A stretch of 64,000 bases of DNA, taken from an uncultured Bacteroidota bacterium. GTDB taxonomy: Bacteria; Bacteroidota; Bacteroidia; Flavobacteriales; Flavobacteriaceae. The notes under the pieces are model-generated. The model made no database searches. It was not told the DNA's origin and worked only from the letters and a program-made list of their open reading frames with translations. Positions 28,605 through 37,289 of the stretch are shown in pieces. The stretch covers positions 53,052-117,051 of the forward strand of contig CACOXF010000001.1 in the NCBI GenBank assembly GCA_902631125.1, written 5' to 3'. The translations under genes and the position numbers were made by a program. Numbering within the stretch: the stretch's first letter is position 1; each line of letters opens with the position of its first letter.

Positions 28605-29126
28605 TTAATTTCCTACAATTACTCTAGGGTAGCGAATGATTTTTTCTCCAAGCTTATAACCTATCCCAACCACATCGATAACCTTTCCTTTTAGCCTTTC
28701 TTTAGGTGCCGGTATTTGGGTGATTGCCTCATGCAATTCTGCATCAAAAACATCTCCTTTGTTGACTTCCATTTTAGTCAAGCCTTGATTTTGCAAGGTG
28801 TCAAAGAGTTTATTGTAAATCAATTTAATCCCTTGCAGTTGTTCACTCCTATCAGATTTTTTTATTTCAGCTAAGGCTCTTTCAAAGTCATCAAGAACAG
28901 GTAATAGTGCAGTAAGAAGCTCTTGTGAAGCTGTTTTGAAAAGCTCTAAACGCTCTTTGGAAGTTCGCTTCTTGTAGTTTTCAAACTCAGCAAACAATCG
29001 TAAAAACTGATCTTTCTCTTTCTCAACACTCGATTTTAATTCATCGATTTTGACTTGAAGATTATCCTGCTTTGTTGTGTTTTTGGCTGTGCTTTTTTTG
29101 CCTTTATCAGAATTACTTTTAGCCAT
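28605..29126 (-). CDS. grpE: nucleotide exchange factor GrpE
   Basis: ..[16 protein letters not shown].. and ..[11 protein letters not shown].. are GrpE hallmarks. The gene lies directly upstream of dnaJ. Confidence 0.93.
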   Translation of the reverse strand: MAKSNSDKGKKSTAKNTTKQDNLQVKIDELKSSVEKEKDQFLRLFAEFENYKKRTSKERLELFKTASQELLTALLPVLDDFERALAEIKKSDRSEQLQGIKLIYNKLFDTLQNQGLTKMEVNKGDVFDAELHEAITQIPAPKERLKGKVIDVVGIGYKLGEKIIRYPRVIVGN

Positions 29127-29204
29127 TATTTAATTTTAAAAAAAACATTCGCAAAAGTGACGCCAAAAGCAGACTTCTGCCAATTTGACACCAATTTATT
29201 TTTT

Positions 29205-30107
29205 CTAATGAATCAAATCAGTAACACAAGAGGTGATGTCAGAATATTTGTACTGATAACTACTTTTCAATAGCTTTTGTGGTTTTGCATAAATACTATC
29301 AAACAACAATTTGTGCATTTCTCCCAGAAAAAAGGACAACACAACTTTTGGTAATCCAGGTAAAAACTGTGGCGCACCTGCTACCTTGGCTATTACTCGA
29401 ACCAAATTTCGTTGTCTAACAGGGTTGGGAGCAGTGGCGTTCACACAACCTACCAATTGATGCTGCAAACAATAATCAATGACCCCAACCAAATCATCAA
29501 TATGAATCCATGATTGCCATTGTTGACCATTTCCAAACCATGTGCCCAAACCCCATCGAGTGGGTGTTGACAATGGAATAAATACACCTCCAACGTTGGA
29601 AAGCACTAACCCAATGCGCAAGATGGTTGTTAGACAGGACAGTTTTTCGAACTGTTTTGCTTCCTCCTCCCATTGACGAACAACAACACCATCAAAAGCA
29701 TCAGAAAAGACTTTGTCTGTTTCGGTGTATTGCTTATTTAAGTTACTTCTGTATATCCCAATAGCTGAGGCATTGATAATATGCACTTTATTTTGGGTTT
29801 TTTGAATAATTTCAAACAGCAGTCTAGTAGATTCTGTACGACTCTTTAAAATTGCTGCCTTACTTTTTGTTGTCCAACGTTGATTGATTTTAGCACCTGC
29901 AAGGTTGATAACAGCCTCAACCCCTTCTAAGGCCTTATCATCGATATCATTATTTTTAGGAGCCCATCTGAAAATTTGTGTTTGTTCGTTCTCAACTTGC
30001 CATGGGGTTCTTGTCGTTAAAATGTGAAGTGTGTGCCCTTTTGACAATAAATGTTTGCATAGCTGAGTACCAATTAAACCTGAAGCACCAGTAACAAGAA
30101 TCTTCAT
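29205..30107 (-). CDS. YfcH/TIGR01777-like NAD-dependent epimerase-family protein
   Basis: Rossmann motif MKILVTGASGLIG from the ATG at 30107 (the track start 30134 is TTG). About 300 aa, with a DUF1731-like C-terminus. Confidence 0.78.
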   Translation of the reverse strand: MKILVTGASGLIGTQLCKHLLSKGHTLHILTTRTPWQVENEQTQIFRWAPKNNDIDDKALEGVEAVINLAGAKINQRWTTKSKAAILKSRTESTRLLFEIIQKTQNKVHIINASAIGIYRSNLNKQYTETDKVFSDAFDGVVVRQWEEEAKQFEKLSCLTTILRIGLVLSNVGGVFIPLSTPTRWGLGTWFGNGQQWQSWIHIDDLVGVIDYCLQHQLVGCVNATAPNPVRQRNLVRVIAKVAGAPQFLPGLPKVVLSFFLGEMHKLLFDSIYAKPQKLLKSSYQYKYSDITSCVTDLIH

Positions 30108-30158
30108 ATTTTTTTTTACAAAATTAAAAAGCAATGATTTTCAATGTACAACTTTTCG

Positions 30159-30166
30159 TAATTTTG
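30159..30166 (+). promoter_or_regulatory. Bacteroidota -7 promoter box (TAnnTTTG)
   Basis: TAATTTTG lies 18 nt upstream of the ilvE ATG. Confidence 0.4.
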
Positions 30167-30184
30167 TTAGCAAATCTTTAAACA

Positions 30185-31231
30185 ATGAAAATACGCCCGA
30201 TCGAAAAATCAAAACTCGGCACTGTTGATTTCGAGGATTTGGACTTTGGGTCAACCTTTTCTGATCACATGTTTGTTTGCGATTATGCTAATGGCAGTTG
30301 GGGAGAACCTGAAATTGTTCCCTATGCACCACTGCATCTCGACCCTTCTGCGAGTGCATTGCACTATGGACAAGCAGTCTTTGAAGGAATGAAAGCTTAC
30401 AAAGATGACAAGGGAGATGTGTTTTTGTTTCGCCCTGATCAAAACATCAAACGTCTAAACAAATCTGCCGAACGTTTAGCGATTCCACAGATTCCAGAAA
30501 AATTATTTATTGAGGGTTTGCACAAACTCATCGACTTAGAAAGAGATTGGGTTCAGCCTGGTATAGGCAACTCACTATACGTTAGACCATTTGTATTTGC
30601 GAGTGAGCCATGTGTGCAAGCATCCCCTGCCAAACAGTATCGTTTATTGATTATCTGCACACCTGTTTCAAGCTATTACAATCACAGTGAAGTTCGTGTT
30701 AAAATTGCTGATCACTATAGTCGTGCAGCAAACGGAGGTACAGGTTATGCAAAAGCAGCTGGAAATTATGCTGGTCAGTTTTATCCAACCAAGCTGGCAA
30801 TGGATGAGGGGTATCAACAAATTATTTGGACTGACGCTGCGACACATAAATACATAGAAGAAGCTGGAACGATGAACCTATTTTTTTTTATCGGAGACAA
30901 GCTGATTACTGCGCCTACTTCGGATAGTATTTTGGATGGCATTACACGAAAAAGTGTGATTGAACTAGCAAAAGATCGTGGCATACAGGTCGAAACGCGC
31001 CAATTAACTGTTTCCGAATTGATCGAGTCTGCTGAAAACAAGACCTTGCGAGAAATTTTCGGAAGTGGAACAGCAGTTGTTGTTTTACCGATCCATGGCT
31101 TTGGTTTTAAAGGAAAAGACTATTATGTTGGAACACCTGCTGACGCATTGGCATTGGCTTTGAAAACTGATTTGACTTCAATTCAGTATAATCTAACTCG
31201 CGATCCTTATGGGTGGCGCGTGAAGGTTTAA
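30185..31231 (+). CDS. ilvE: branched-chain amino acid aminotransferase
   Basis: 348 aa, fold-type IV aminotransferase pattern (..LHYGQAVFEGMKAY.. ..GTGYAKAAGNYA.. ..EEAGTMNLFF..). Confidence 0.9.
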   Translation: MKIRPIEKSKLGTVDFEDLDFGSTFSDHMFVCDYANGSWGEPEIVPYAPLHLDPSASALHYGQAVFEGMKAYKDDKGDVFLFRPDQNIKRLNKSAERLAIPQIPEKLFIEGLHKLIDLERDWVQPGIGNSLYVRPFVFASEPCVQASPAKQYRLLIICTPVSSYYNHSEVRVKIADHYSRAANGGTGYAKAAGNYAGQFYPTKLAMDEGYQQIIWTDAATHKYIEEAGTMNLFFFIGDKLITAPTSDSILDGITRKSVIELAKDRGIQVETRQLTVSELIESAENKTLREIFGSGTAVVVLPIHGFGFKGKDYYVGTPADALALALKTDLTSIQYNLTRDPYGWRVKV

Positions 31232-31232
31232 T

Positions 31233-31619
31233 CTATTTTTTTAGAATTTTTGCAATATCTGGCCGAAAGTAATTTGGACCTTTCAAAACTTTTCCATCTT
31301 CTCTGTAGATTGGTTTTCCATCATTGCCAAGCTTACTCATATTGCTTTGTTGAATTTCTTCGAAAACCTTATCAATTACATCTTGCATACCATGGGTGAT
31401 AATTGTTCCACAAAGAATATATAGCATATCACCCAAAGCGTCTGCCACCTCGATTAAATCCTTGTTTTCCATAGCGGCAAGATATTCTTTGTTTTCCTCA
31501 TCCATTAGCGAAAAACGCAACCACATGGTAGCTTCATCTATCTCTACTGTAGGTGTATTGTTAACAATTAATCGAAATGCTTTATGAAATGCAGTGACTG
31601 CGGAAATTTTATTCTTCAT
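31233..31619 (-). CDS. MazG-like nucleotide pyrophosphohydrolase family protein
   Basis: 128 aa from the ATG at 31619. Small all-alpha protein with acidic motifs (LMDEENKEYLAAME; EVADALGDMLY) like MazG-type NTP-PPases. Confidence 0.6.
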   Translation of the reverse strand: MKNKISAVTAFHKAFRLIVNNTPTVEIDEATMWLRFSLMDEENKEYLAAMENKDLIEVADALGDMLYILCGTIITHGMQDVIDKVFEEIQQSNMSKLGNDGKPIYREDGKVLKGPNYFRPDIAKILKK

Positions 31620-31645
31620 ATTTTTGTTTTGATTAAAAATAAACA

Positions 31646-31834
31646 ATGTTTAGCACGGGACAACTTTTTTTTGCAGTATTCTTCGTTATTGGATTTACCA
31701 TACTAACGGTCTGGAGTTATCGAAAAGATCGCGCTAAAAACCCCACATACTTTAGAGGTAGTATTTGGGTGCTTTTAGGATTTCTTGTGTTTATTGGTTT
31801 GTTGCTGTTCCTAAAAAGAGGTGTATCTTTATGA
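31646..31834 (+). CDS. small two-TM membrane protein, hypothetical
   Basis: 62 aa with two hydrophobic helices separated by a basic loop (SYRKDRAKNPTYFRG). The stop overlaps the crcB ATG (ATGA), which suggests translational coupling. Confidence 0.45.
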   Translation: MFSTGQLFFAVFFVIGFTILTVWSYRKDRAKNPTYFRGSIWVLLGFLVFIGLLLFLKRGVSL

Positions 31835-32205
31835 AAGAGTTGTTGTGGGTATTTGTAGGTGGTGGTCTGGGGAGTATCTGCAGATATGCAATTACCCTTA
31901 TATTAGAAGAAACCAACTCGCTCTACCCTTGGCCCACTTTATTGGCCAATGCCCTAGGTTCATTGCTCATGGGTATTTTGGCAAACCAGTTGCTGCACAA
32001 CTCCTATGCCCATTCAGCAAATAATTTGTTTTGGATCATTGGATTTTGTGGTGGTCTCACGACATTTTCTACTTTTGCCCTTGAAAATATCATATTGTTT
32101 CGCGTGTCTGGGGCTGCATCCTTACTAATCTACGCTAGTTTGACTTACTTTATATGCCTGGGAATGATCCTGCTAGGCACTTCTTTGTCGAAGTTAATTT
32201 TTTAG
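31831..32205 (+). CDS. crcB: fluoride ion channel CrcB (Fluc)
   Basis: 124 aa from ATG 31831 (MKELLWVFVGGGLGSICRY..), with ..GFCGGLTTFSTF.. typical of CrcB. The longer track ORF begins inside the upstream small gene. Confidence 0.88.
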   Translation: MKELLWVFVGGGLGSICRYAITLILEETNSLYPWPTLLANALGSLLMGILANQLLHNSYAHSANNLFWIIGFCGGLTTFSTFALENIILFRVSGAASLLIYASLTYFICLGMILLGTSLSKLIF

Positions 32206-32420
32206 AATTGTCCTTTATTTTTTATTCGATCCGCACAAGGAGTCGTGGTTCATTTATAACTTTTACATGTTTACAGAACCCCATCCCCTAAAATTTCATG
32301 TATTTCAAAATTCATAGTATTTTTTTTTATATACCATAATTTTGTGGGGGGTATAATTAAAAATATCATAAAAATAAGCAACTAACCCCCTATTTTTTTA
32401 TGGTTATATTTATGAAACTA

Positions 32421-32428
32421 TACTTTTG
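32421..32428 (+). promoter_or_regulatory. Bacteroidota -7 promoter box (TAnnTTTG) for the porin-glnK-amt operon
   Basis: TACTTTTG lies 28 nt upstream of the first ATGAAACTA (32457) and 53 nt upstream of the porin ATG (32482). Confidence 0.35.
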
Positions 32429-32440
32429 AAGGAATAAATA

Positions 32441-32499
32441 ATTAAAAATTACTATTATGAAACTAATTAAAAATTACTATTATGAAACTAATTAAAAAT
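32441..32499 (+). repeat. tandem direct repeat, 25-nt unit x 2.4 (ATTAAAAATTACTATTATGAAACTA)
   Basis: Copies at 32441-32465 and 32466-32490 are identical, and the next 9 nt repeat again. Each full copy carries ATGAAACTA; the last one is the porin start codon. Confidence 0.95.
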
Positions 32500-33144
32500 A
32501 TTTTAGGAATCGCAGCAATTGCTGTCTTAACACTCTTGACTACTAACGTAAAAGCACAAGAACTTAATTTCGGTGCTGATGTTGTAAGTCAATATGTATG
32601 GAGAGGAACACAGTTTGGCGCTGGTCCACATGTACAGCCATGGATGTCAATAGCTTCAGGTTATCTTGAGCTTGGTATTTGGGGTAGCTTCCCTACAACT
32701 GGTGGGGACAGTGGTCATGAACTTGATCTTTATGCTTCTTACAGCTTTGGTCCCGCTTCACTTACCATCACAAACTATACCTTTCCAGGGGCTAGTGGGG
32801 CATATGCAACTGATGAAGGTCTCCTTGAGGATGCTTTCCTTGAAGTTAGTGGTGGAGCAACTGTTGGTCCAATCGATTTAACTGTAGGGTATTTTACGGA
32901 AGTTGAGGCACTTTACCTTGAAGCTGCTTTTTCGGTTGGTGTTGTTGATGTTGCACTTGGTTATGGTAGCGACGATGCAGAAACTGCTTGGTATGCAAAT
33001 GGTGACAGCGGTCTTGTAAATATTGCTATCGGCGGAAGTAAAGACATTAAAATCACAGAAGATTATTCACTTCCTGTATTCTCATCATTTGTATTTAATC
33101 CTGACGCTGAATCAGCATTCTTGGTTTTTGGGATGAGTTTCTAA
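32482..33144 (+). CDS. outer-membrane beta-barrel protein / putative porin (TorF/Gcw_chp-like)
   Basis: Signal peptide ..TTNVKAQE, alternating beta-strand pattern, ..YVWRGTQ.. and ..ELDLYASY.. motifs, and a C-terminal Phe. First gene of the glnK-amt cluster. Confidence 0.6.
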   Translation: MKLIKNILGIAAIAVLTLLTTNVKAQELNFGADVVSQYVWRGTQFGAGPHVQPWMSIASGYLELGIWGSFPTTGGDSGHELDLYASYSFGPASLTITNYTFPGASGAYATDEGLLEDAFLEVSGGATVGPIDLTVGYFTEVEALYLEAAFSVGVVDVALGYGSDDAETAWYANGDSGLVNIAIGGSKDIKITEDYSLPVFSSFVFNPDAESAFLVFGMSF

Positions 33145-33183
33145 TTGGTATCAAATCAACATTTATTCACTTAATTATAAGCC

Positions 33184-33522
33184 ATGAAAAGAATAGAAGC
33201 GATTATTCGCAAAACCAAATTTGATGACGTCAAAGACGCCCTTTATGACGCTGGTGTGACTTTTTTCAGCTACTGGGACGTAACTGGAATTGGAAATGAA
33301 AAGATAGGACACGTTTATCGTGGAGTGTCTTATAGCACCTCTGAAATTCAACGCCGTTTGTTATCAATTGTTGTTAATGATGAATTTGTCCAACCTGCTA
33401 TTGACGCCATCGTAAAAGCTGGTGCCACTGGTCGCGTTGGTGACGGTAAAATCTTTGTTCTTCCTGTAGAAGACGCTTACCGCATCCGTACAGGCGACAA
33501 AGGAGGAGATACATTAAACTAA
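33184..33522 (+). CDS. glnK: nitrogen regulatory protein P-II
   Basis: 112 aa. MKRIEAIIRKTKFDDVKDAL.., T-loop region ..GHVYRGVSY.., ..GDGKIFV... Adjacent to amt. Confidence 0.93.
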   Translation: MKRIEAIIRKTKFDDVKDALYDAGVTFFSYWDVTGIGNEKIGHVYRGVSYSTSEIQRRLLSIVVNDEFVQPAIDAIVKAGATGRVGDGKIFVLPVEDAYRIRTGDKGGDTLN

Positions 33523-33538
33523 AATACAATATATACTT

Positions 33539-34759
33539 ATGGAATTATTAACAACAAACAACGTATGGATGATGATCTGCACTGGTCTTGTATTCTTTAT
33601 GCACTTAGGGTTTACTTTTTTAGAAAGTGGAATGACTCGTCAAAAGAATACCGTAAATATTTTATTTAAGAACTTCTTTGTAATCACAATGGGACTTCTT
33701 GTCTATGCTATTGGCGGATTTAACTTGATGTACCCTGGAGATTTTAATGGATATATTGGATTTGCAGGATGGGGTCTTGACTCACTTGCTGCTGCTGACC
33801 TTGGCTATAATGAGGGCTATACATATTGGACAGACTTCTTGTTCCAGGGGATGTTTGCTGCTACTGCTGCAACCATTGTTTCTGGAGCTGTTGCTGAGCG
33901 AATCAAGTTAGGTGCGTTTATGCTTTATGCCTTACTACTAGTCTCATTTGTATACCCAATAGTTGGGGCATGGAAATGGGGCGGTGGCTTCATGGATGCA
34001 ATGGGCTTCTATGATTTCGCAGGTTCTACACTCGTGCATTCAGTGGGTGGTTGGGCTGCTCTTGTAGCAATCATTTTTTTAGGTGCACGTGTTGGTCGAT
34101 TTGACAAAGATGGTAAGCCTAATGCGATTCCCGGTCACAACTTACCAATATCTGCAGCTGGGGTATTAATCCTTTGGTTAGGTTGGTTCGGATTTAACGG
34201 AGGTTCTGTATTATCTGCTGACCCTGCACTAACTTCACTAGTTCTTGTCACTACCTCTCTTGCTGCTGCAGCTGGAGGAATTGCTGCATTTTTATTTTCA
34301 CTCGGCTTATATAAAAACTACGATGTTACTATGTTTATGAACGGAGTGCTTGGTGGATTAGTTGGCATCACTGCTGGAGCCGATCAAATGAGCCCTCTTG
34401 AATCAGTAATTATTGGTGCAATTGGGGGGATTGTTGTAGTTCTTGCTATTTCATTTATGGACAAGCAAAAACTTGATGATCCCGTTGGTGCAATAGCTGT
34501 TCACTTATTTGGTGGTATTTGGGGAACCCTAGCTGTTGGAATTTTTGGTGACCTAGCTTCAGGTGAGCAATTTGCTGTACAAGCTGCTTGTGTTGGTATC
34601 ACTGGTGTTTTCAGTGTGGTATCCTGTACAATCATTGGTTTTATCACATCAGCTATATTTGGTGGAATGCGCGTAAGTAAAGAAGAAGAAATTGCTGGAT
34701 TAGATGGAGCCGAACATGGCATGTCGGCTTATGCGGATTTTCGTTTAAATCAACATTAA
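33539..34759 (+). CDS. amt: ammonium transporter (Amt family)
   Basis: 406 aa, about 11 TM segments, with Amt signatures ..DFAGSTLVHSVGGWAAL.. and ..AVHLFGGIWGTLAVG... Confidence 0.95.
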   Translation: MELLTTNNVWMMICTGLVFFMHLGFTFLESGMTRQKNTVNILFKNFFVITMGLLVYAIGGFNLMYPGDFNGYIGFAGWGLDSLAAADLGYNEGYTYWTDFLFQGMFAATAATIVSGAVAERIKLGAFMLYALLLVSFVYPIVGAWKWGGGFMDAMGFYDFAGSTLVHSVGGWAALVAIIFLGARVGRFDKDGKPNAIPGHNLPISAAGVLILWLGWFGFNGGSVLSADPALTSLVLVTTSLAAAAGGIAAFLFSLGLYKNYDVTMFMNGVLGGLVGITAGADQMSPLESVIIGAIGGIVVVLAISFMDKQKLDDPVGAIAVHLFGGIWGTLAVGIFGDLASGEQFAVQAACVGITGVFSVVSCTIIGFITSAIFGGMRVSKEEEIAGLDGAEHGMSAYADFRLNQH

Positions 34760-34782
34760 TTAGGTTATAATTTTAGTTCTTT

Positions 34783-34811
34783 AAAAATCCCGCTTCGGCG
34801 GGATTTTTTTT
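34783..34811 (+). terminator. Rho-independent terminator after amt
   Basis: Perfect hairpin ATCCCGC-TTCG-GCGGGAT (34787-34804), followed by a T-run. Confidence 0.85.
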
Positions 34812-34827
34812 ATCCTATTTCTATTTT

Positions 34828-34835
34828 TACATTTG
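34828..34835 (+). promoter_or_regulatory. Bacteroidota -7 promoter box (TAnnTTTG)
   Basis: TACATTTG lies 8 nt upstream of the purU ATG. Confidence 0.3.
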
Positions 34836-34843
34836 CATCCGAT

Positions 34844-35698
34844 ATGAGCACAATTACCCTTGTAATACAGTGTCCCGATCAAAAGGGAATCATTGCAGAA
34901 GTTACACAATTTATCTATGGCCATAAGGGCAATATTCTATATATCGATCAATATGTCGATCGAGAAAACCAGGCGTTTTTTATGCGTCTAGAAAGTGATT
35001 TTAATTGCGAACTAGATGCTATTGGACAATTTCAACAGGCCTTTGCCTGTGGCCCTGCCGAGAAATATCAAATGACATGGTCACTTTACCCCCAAGAGAA
35101 AAAGCCACGCATGGCACTGTTCGTGTCGAAATACGATCACTGCCTTTATGACCTTTTGGGCCGATTTAAGTCTGGTGAACTCGACGTGACAATCCCATTT
35201 ATATTAAGCAATCACGCTGATTTACAGCCGATCGCAAAGTCATTTGGTATCCCCTTTTTCAATATCCCTGTCAGCAAAGACGCAAAAGCAAAAGCCGAAA
35301 AACAGCAATTGGAACTGCTTAAAAAACACGATGTCTCATTTATTGTCCTTGCGCGATATATGCAGGTTGTGTCTCCAAACCTCATCAATGAGTATCCCAA
35401 TAATATCATCAATATTCACCACTCCTTTTTACCTGCTTTTCCTGGAGCAAAGCCTTATCACTCTGCCTTTGAGCGCGGGGTAAAAATCATTGGAGCGACA
35501 AGCCACTATGTGACTGAAGAACTCGACGCTGGACCAATTATTGAGCAAGATGTTTCGCATGTATCACACACACACAGTGTTAGTCAACTAGTGGCCAAAG
35601 GACGGGATTTGGAAAAGATTGTTCTCGCTCGAGCAGTAAAAAACCACATTGCCCACAAAGTCATGGTTTATGGCAATAAAACAATCATATTCTCTTAA
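34844..35698 (+). CDS. purU: formyltetrahydrofolate deformylase
   Basis: N-terminal ACT domain plus a formyltransferase core (..NIHHSFLPAFPGAKPYHSA.. ..ATSHYVTEELDAGPII..). Confidence 0.92.
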   Translation: MSTITLVIQCPDQKGIIAEVTQFIYGHKGNILYIDQYVDRENQAFFMRLESDFNCELDAIGQFQQAFACGPAEKYQMTWSLYPQEKKPRMALFVSKYDHCLYDLLGRFKSGELDVTIPFILSNHADLQPIAKSFGIPFFNIPVSKDAKAKAEKQQLELLKKHDVSFIVLARYMQVVSPNLINEYPNNIINIHHSFLPAFPGAKPYHSAFERGVKIIGATSHYVTEELDAGPIIEQDVSHVSHTHSVSQLVAKGRDLEKIVLARAVKNHIAHKVMVYGNKTIIFS

Positions 35699-36480
35699 CG
35701 ATTGAAATTCTGAATAAACGAAATCGAATGCTTGTTAAACTGGTCTGGTTGGTCAACATTGACGACATGTCCAGAGTAAGGAATAACGCTGAGCTGTGCA
35801 GATTTGTGTACTGCTACCAATTTTTCAATACTAGGCAAAAACATATAGTCCTCACTTCCCATGACATATAAGGTGGGGATTTTGATATCCACTTGGCGAA
35901 ACAATCGCAATAAAGGTTTGATTTCTGTGGTAAGCTTATACCAGCGTATAAATTCTTTTTGATAAAGTTTTTTGGCCTCTCTAACAAACAACAATCTAGA
36001 CTCTTTATGGTTGTTATTTGGCATTATGATGTAGGCAAACAGGCGATAAAGCCATAGATATGGGATGATGGACTTACAAATATTTCCAAAGCGCATCAAT
36101 ATTTGAGAGCGCAAATTGAGTTTCATAATCGCACCAGCCATCACCATGCTTCGCACACGTACGGGGTACATTTCACCTAATTGACGAATTAATATTGTGC
36201 CTAAAGAAATCCCTACAAAATGACAAGCCTTAATTTGTTCTTTATCCAAAACAGCAATGATATCTTCCGCCAGTACATCAAATGTGTATTTCTTTTTAAA
36301 AACATTTGAAAACTGCATTCTAGATTTTCCATGCCCCCTTAGATCGAGCAATAATAAATTAAAATGTTTTGAAAACTCTCGCAGCTGCTTAAACCAAATC
36401 GACGAACTCCCACCTGCCCCATGCACAAAAGTGACCCAGGCTTTTGAAGTGGGATGGGAATGTACTGAATAGTGCAGCAT
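35695..36480 (-). CDS. alpha/beta hydrolase
   Basis: HGAGGSS oxyanion region, nucleophile elbow GISLGT, and a C-terminal ..SGHVVNVDQP.. His motif. Confidence 0.8.
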   Translation of the reverse strand: MLHYSVHSHPTSKAWVTFVHGAGGSSSIWFKQLREFSKHFNLLLLDLRGHGKSRMQFSNVFKKKYTFDVLAEDIIAVLDKEQIKACHFVGISLGTILIRQLGEMYPVRVRSMVMAGAIMKLNLRSQILMRFGNICKSIIPYLWLYRLFAYIIMPNNNHKESRLLFVREAKKLYQKEFIRWYKLTTEIKPLLRLFRQVDIKIPTLYVMGSEDYMFLPSIEKLVAVHKSAQLSVIPYSGHVVNVDQPDQFNKHSISFIQNFNR

Positions 36481-37289
36481 CAGAGCAGTTTTTTCATTTC
36501 TAGTTGTAAATCCATTGCAGCTTTTCTGGCTGCTTCGGCATAGTCATCATTGCTTGAAGCAAAAATGATACTTCTTGACGAATTAACCAAGAGTCCTATA
36601 TTCTCATTGGCTGCCGCATGAAATACAGATTCCAAATTCCCGCCTTGCGCTCCAACGCCGGGTACCAAAAAGAAAGATTTTGGGGTCAAAGCGCGAATTG
36701 TAGCTAGATGTTCGGTTTTGGTTGCGCCAAGTACATACATGAGGCGATCGGCACCATCCCAAGTACGACTTGTCGCAACAACGTATTCGTAGAGTGAACG
36801 ATCAACTGTGTTTAAGGTTTGAAAATCATAAGCACCTTGGTTTGAAGTCAGCGCCAACATTATTGCATACTTCCCTTCAAATTTTAAAAAAGGCTCAATG
36901 GAGTCGCGACCCATATAAGGTGCGACTGTTATGGAGTCAAAGGGAAGCTTCTCAAAAAATGCACGTGCATACTGGGTTGATGTATTGCCAATATCCCCTC
37001 GCTTGGCATCAGCAATGGTAAAATGGTTTGGATGGTATTGATCCAAATACGCTATGGTTTTTTCAAGGGCTTGATACCCTTTTGAACCGTCAGACTCATA
37101 AAAAGCAGTATTGATTTTATATGCAACTGCCAAATCATGGGTTGCATCGATGATTTGTTTGTTGAAAGTAAACTGTGCTTCTGGGTGTTGGCTGACACTC
37201 GGTGGCAATTTAGAAGTATCTGAATCCAATCCAACGCATAAGAAGGATGATTTTTTTCGGATTTGCTCTGTCAATGATTGGATTGTCAT
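36480..37289 (-). CDS. pyrF: orotidine-5'-phosphate decarboxylase (long type)
   Basis: ..LCVGLDSD.. and ..[11 protein letters not shown].. motifs. The start overlaps the prfA stop (ATGA). Confidence 0.9.
   Translation of the reverse strand: MTIQSLTEQIRKKSSFLCVGLDSDTSKLPPSVSQHPEAQFTFNKQIIDATHDLAVAYKINTAFYESDGSKGYQALEKTIAYLDQYHPNHFTIADAKRGDIGNTSTQYARAFFEKLPFDSITVAPYMGRDSIEPFLKFEGKYAIMLALTSNQGAYDFQTLNTVDRSLYEYVVATSRTWDGADRLMYVLGATKTEHLATIRALTPKSFFLVPGVGAQGGNLESVFHAAANENIGLLVNSSRSIIFASSNDDYAEAARKAAMDLQLEMKKLL

Noticed and set aside
29163-29183. Sigma-54-like promoter TTGGCAGAAGTCTGCTTTTGG (minus strand) upstream of grpE
   Set aside because: The GG to GC spacing is N9 rather than the obligatory N10, and the -12 element is TGCT, not TTGC. 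The likeness is probably coincidental, despite the sigma-54 activator in the window.
32206-32481. Possible glutamine (glnA-type) riboswitch upstream of porin-glnK-amt, and a fluoride riboswitch near crcB
   Set aside because: I could not find the conserved cores (such as the GGAAGUAGG / GGAACG segments or the crcB-motif pseudoknot). The G/C runs lie upstream of the predicted -7 box, so they are probably not transcribed.
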